Source: a virus. Taken from it: a DNA stretch of 64,000 nt. A program made the position numbers and the translations under genes. This document shows positions 61,193-64,000 of this stretch, in pieces (positions within the stretch are counted from its first letter, which is position 1; each line of letters begins with the position of its first letter). Below the pieces are notes generated by a model that was not told the DNA's origin, searched no databases, and worked only from the letters and a program-made list of their open reading frames with translations. The stretch is from the IMG/VR virus record IMGVR_UViG_3300014501_000012, positions 1-64,000 of that record; one strand, 5' to 3'.

Positions 61193-62058
61193 CGGCGAAG
61201 AAGCCGCAGGAGGGGGTCGTCCTCAAAACCAGGTTCGCCCAGGTCCCCGAATGGGTGGCCCTGCACCCCGCCATTCTCAAGCACCCTACGGCCCTGGCCG
61301 CCTACGTCCACCTCTTCCTGCTGGGAGATTTCAAGGCGCGGATCACCACCAGCGACTGGCGGGAGCTGAGCGACGTGACCGGGTGGTCGAAACCCACGGT
61401 CATGCGAGCGATGAAGGTGCTCCGGGATGCCGGGGTGGTGGTCAGGGAAGGGGCTGACCTGCGGCTGCCCATGGACCTCCCCGGTATCAAATCTGACACC
61501 GAAGCCCCAGATCTCGGTATCAAATCTGATACCGGACCGCGTCAGATCCGAGACCCGATCGCGTCAGATGTGAGACCCCCTCCTTTTAGTACAGAGAATT
61601 CAGAGGTTCCTCATAGTGTCGACGCTGTCGCGTCGACCGACATTCGGTCTCTGTGCGATCTTCTCTCCGAAGAAGTGGGCAGATACCTTGGCGATCCGAT
61701 CAAAGCACCAGCGGTCACTGCCCGGTGGACAAACGACATGCGGCTCCTACTTGAAAAGGGGCCTCTCCACCGAGCCAAGTCGGAAGTGATCGCACCTGAC
61801 CGGGTTCGTCGGTGCATTCGGGTCGTGTTCGATGAGTTGGCCGAACCAACTGGTAGCCGCGGGTTCTGTTGGGCGGCGCAGATCCGCTCCCCCGGCGCCC
61901 TTCGGGATCATTGGGATCAGGTCGCTGAGGCCGCCAAGCAATCACGAGCAACTGGGTCGAACGGCAAGAAAGATCCACTCCGCCGCGGCCTCCCTTCTCT
62001 CAGCGATCTGTGGAAAATCGCAGAGGGTGCCGATCAACAAAAGGAGCTGACCCCATGA
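61189..62058 (+). CDS. Replication initiator (N-terminal wHTH, lambda-O/RepA-like)
   Basis: F..VP.W, A...Y..L, ELS...GWS..TV.RA...L...G.V; C-terminal W...IRS...LR..WD; internal iterons. Confidence 0.75.
   Translation: MTAKKPQEGVVLKTRFAQVPEWVALHPAILKHPTALAAYVHLFLLGDFKARITTSDWRELSDVTGWSKPTVMRAMKVLRDAGVVVREGADLRLPMDLPGIKSDTEAPDLGIKSDTGPRQIRDPIASDVRPPPFSTENSEVPHSVDAVASTDIRSLCDLLSEEVGRYLGDPIKAPAVTARWTNDMRLLLEKGPLHRAKSEVIAPDRVRRCIRVVFDELAEPTGSRGFCWAAQIRSPGALRDHWDQVAEAAKQSRATGSNGKKDPLRRGLPSLSDLWKIAEGADQQKELTP
61482..61605. repeat. Four iteron-like repeats plus AT-rich stretch (probable origin)
   Basis: CGGTATCAAATCTGA(C/T)ACCG at 61482 and 61515; CGCGTCAGAT..GAGACCC at 61538 and 61560; then TTTTAGTACAGAGAATT. 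Confidence 0.7.
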
Positions 62059-62576
62059 CCATGATTCCTCAGGAAGATCCGAACCCTCGAGCACGGGCCG
62101 TGATCTCTACGCTGCGCCAGGCCGGGTGTCGGCCGGAGTTCGGATTCGACCAGGAGCAGGCCGAGGAACTATGGGAGACGAAGCTCGCCGCGTTCACGCT
62201 GCCCATGTGCGCGGCGGCGGCGAACGCCTGGATCGAGGCAGGCGACAGAGAGTTCCCGACTCTGGGCGAGTTGATGACGCTGGCCCAGGGCTTCGCCATA
62301 GCTGAGCGCGAGGAAGTGCAGCGGCGGGAGCGGATGAACCGGGACCCCTTAGCGATGGTTGTTTGCCCGGAGTGTTTCGACGAGCCAGTCGGGTGGGTCG
62401 AGGTGATCGAGCTGGCCGGCGCGAGGGCTCTGCGCCCGTGTTCGAGGTGTCTCCCCGATAGGTACCGAGCCTGGCGCGGCGGCCATTTCGCCCTAGGCCA
62501 CGACGAGGCCCGGTGCCGGGATACGTGGTGCGTCGAGACGGTGAGGCGGCGCAAGCATGGCCGAAAGGCTTCCTGA
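62055..62576 (+). CDS. Helicase loader/inhibitor-like protein with Zn finger
   Basis: W...L........A...W......FPT..EL; CPEC...PC.RC; coupled to rep. Confidence 0.55.
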   Translation: MTMIPQEDPNPRARAVISTLRQAGCRPEFGFDQEQAEELWETKLAAFTLPMCAAAANAWIEAGDREFPTLGELMTLAQGFAIAEREEVQRRERMNRDPLAMVVCPECFDEPVGWVEVIELAGARALRPCSRCLPDRYRAWRGGHFALGHDEARCRDTWCVETVRRRKHGRKAS

Positions 62577-62627
62577 CCAGTGAAAAGGGGCGACGCGCCG
62601 AGGAGGCACGAGAACCCCCATCGCCCG

Positions 62628-62677
62628 CGCTACAGGTGTAGTATCGGCGGAACGAACGGACCACCTACCCAAGGAGG
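62628..62677 (+). promoter_or_regulatory. Promoter (TAGTAT) overlapped by operator C, plus CCCAAGGAGG SD
   Basis: CTACAGGTGTAG at 62630-62641; SD at 62668-62677. Confidence 0.6.
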
Positions 62678-62686
62678 GGGACCGCG

Positions 62687-63151
62687 ATGCAGACGATGTA
62701 CGACACCTACTCGAGCCGGGACGTGGTGAGGATCGCCGGGATCTCGTACCGGCAGCTCGACTACTGGGCGCGAATCGGGCTTGTCCCCGAACCCCAGCCG
62801 AGAATCCAGACCGGCGCGCCAGCATGGACTCGACAGCCGAGGACGTCCCGGCGCTGGACGCGGCGCTGGACGACCGAGGACCTGTTCTCCGTTGCCACGC
62901 TTGCCGAAGCCCGGAAGATGGTATCGATCGATGGGCTGCAAGCCGCGGCCGATCGCCTGTTCGCGATGGAGGTCGGGGAGTGGCGGTCCGCGGTCGAGTG
63001 TGACTCGCTGCTGGTGATCGCCTCGGATCTGGCGGTCGTGATCAATCGCGTCGACCTCGAAACCTTCTGCCGGGCGAAGGGCGCGTTCGTGGTCGTCCCG
63101 CTCGGCGCGGTCGTCCAGGACGTGACGCTCGGACTCCGGGTGGCGGCGTGA
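62687..63151 (+). CDS. MerR-family HTH regulator
   Basis: YSSRDVVRIAGISYRQLDYWARIGLV.P...RRW...DL. Confidence 0.85.
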   Translation: MQTMYDTYSSRDVVRIAGISYRQLDYWARIGLVPEPQPRIQTGAPAWTRQPRTSRRWTRRWTTEDLFSVATLAEARKMVSIDGLQAAADRLFAMEVGEWRSAVECDSLLVIASDLAVVINRVDLETFCRAKGAFVVVPLGAVVQDVTLGLRVAA

Positions 63152-63699
63152 GTTCCATGACAAAGGGCGAGCGCGCCGAGCTGAGGTCTGTAGTACGCGG
63201 TCAGTTCAAGGTGCTGCGTTCAGAGATTGGCCAGCGGGAGAAGGAACTACTGGCCGATACCGAGCACGGCATCGACGACCTCTTGAAAGCCGAAGAGGAC
63301 AAGGCCGAGTCAATCGCATTCCTTGTCCTCGAGGTCATGCGCGAGTGCAACCGCAAGATCAACGACCTTCTCTACGAGCACGGCTACCAGGCCAAATCCG
63401 GGACCGAGAAGGTTTGGGTGAAAGAACCAACCATGGACTTCGGAACCCGGACCAAGCGCAGCCAGTTGAAGTGGGGGGCGGTTGCCGAACTGAACCAGCG
63501 CGTGGCCGCGGCCAAGGTGATACTCGACCGACAAGAGCAAGACCTCCTTCGCAAGCTGGCGGTCGATGCGCTTGAGACAGAGGAGGCGCGTGCGTTCCTT
63601 GACTCCATCCCCACCGTTAGCGAGTTGGTACCGGCGACGCGGCTGGCGGAGTTGGAGAGGGCGTTGGACACCGGACCCACTGAGGTAGACGACATATGA
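63148..63699 (+). CDS. Coiled-coil hypothetical protein
   Basis: MTKGER.EL...L.TEEA..FL..IPTV..L.P, a conserved phage pattern. Confidence 0.65.
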   Translation: MSSMTKGERAELRSVVRGQFKVLRSEIGQREKELLADTEHGIDDLLKAEEDKAESIAFLVLEVMRECNRKINDLLYEHGYQAKSGTEKVWVKEPTMDFGTRTKRSQLKWGAVAELNQRVAAAKVILDRQEQDLLRKLAVDALETEEARAFLDSIPTVSELVPATRLAELERALDTGPTEVDDI

Positions 63700-63995
63700 G
63701 CTTCCCCGACCCCACACCCGCGGGCCCCGAAGAGGATCGGACGATCGTGTACGTGGTCAAGGTCCGGTCGTTCGGCAACGGCGAGCAACCCCATGTCGCG
63801 GAGATGGCGAAGTTCGTTGCCCTCGGCCTCAACCGGACGGTCGGAATCGACCGGGTCGAGATCTGGAACGACGGGGCGAGGTTCACCTTCGACCCAGCGG
63901 CCTACGACGGAGAGCACGACACCGACGACGTCATCGCCATCGAGCGGCCCTACGCGCCGGCCGTCAACGGCCACGATCCGAAGGTCCCGTCGTGA
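63696..63995 (+). CDS. Hypothetical protein
   Basis: ATGA overlap. Confidence 0.5.
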   Translation: MSFPDPTPAGPEEDRTIVYVVKVRSFGNGEQPHVAEMAKFVALGLNRTVGIDRVEIWNDGARFTFDPAAYDGEHDTDDVIAIERPYAPAVNGHDPKVPS

Positions 63996-64000
63996 CACAA

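Larger units (their letters stand above)
1..64000. mobile_element. Tailed actinobacteriophage genome (near complete; cluster-B-like virion genes, lambda-like replication module)
   Basis: Contiguous terminase-portal-capsid-tail-lysis-recombination-replication genes; WhiB and high GC point to an actinobacterial host; no host housekeeping genes seen. Confidence 0.95.

Noticed and set aside
1-64000. CRISPR array, tRNA, rRNA, integrase, reverse transcriptase/DGR
   Set aside because: No spaced direct repeats, canonical cloverleaf or catalytic motifs seen by eye; dedicated scans are still needed

Overview
High-GC tailed actinobacteriophage (siphovirus-like) genome, apparently near complete. No host genes, integrase, DNA polymerase, tRNA, rRNA or CRISPR array were recognised. 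Layout: small early/accessory genes with a probable small terminase, DUF6378, two ribbon-helix-helix proteins and RtcB (0-8 kb); TerL; an intein-containing portal; peptide deformylase; a HEXXH peptidase; MuF-like protein; maturation protease; a fibre/decoration cassette with an SGNH domain; a two-protein capsid of the mycobacteriophage cluster-B type (hexamer and pentamer); tail tube, joining proteins, chaperones, tape measure and baseplate/tailspike genes (8-49 kb); a minus-strand cassette; lysis genes (GH25 endolysin, papain-like peptidase fused to a holin-like domain); then RecE/RecT, ParB, WhiB, DnaQ-like exonuclease, a lambda-O-like initiator with iterons and a MerR-type HTH (55-64 kb). 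Main observations: (1) one ~70-aa beta-rich module is inserted into six different virion proteins, and nested inside itself in the tail tube; (2) a ~180-nt structured intergenic RNA carries the exact reverse complement of an extended Shine-Dalgarno (CCCAAGGAGG) shared by seven early-gene leaders, which sit behind three families of palindromic operator/promoter motifs; (3) the replication initiator has a plasmid-like leader-peptide/antisense arrangement; (4) short AT-rich synonymous-codon islands lie on conserved motifs of essential genes. All family assignments are by motif recognition from memory, not by database search.
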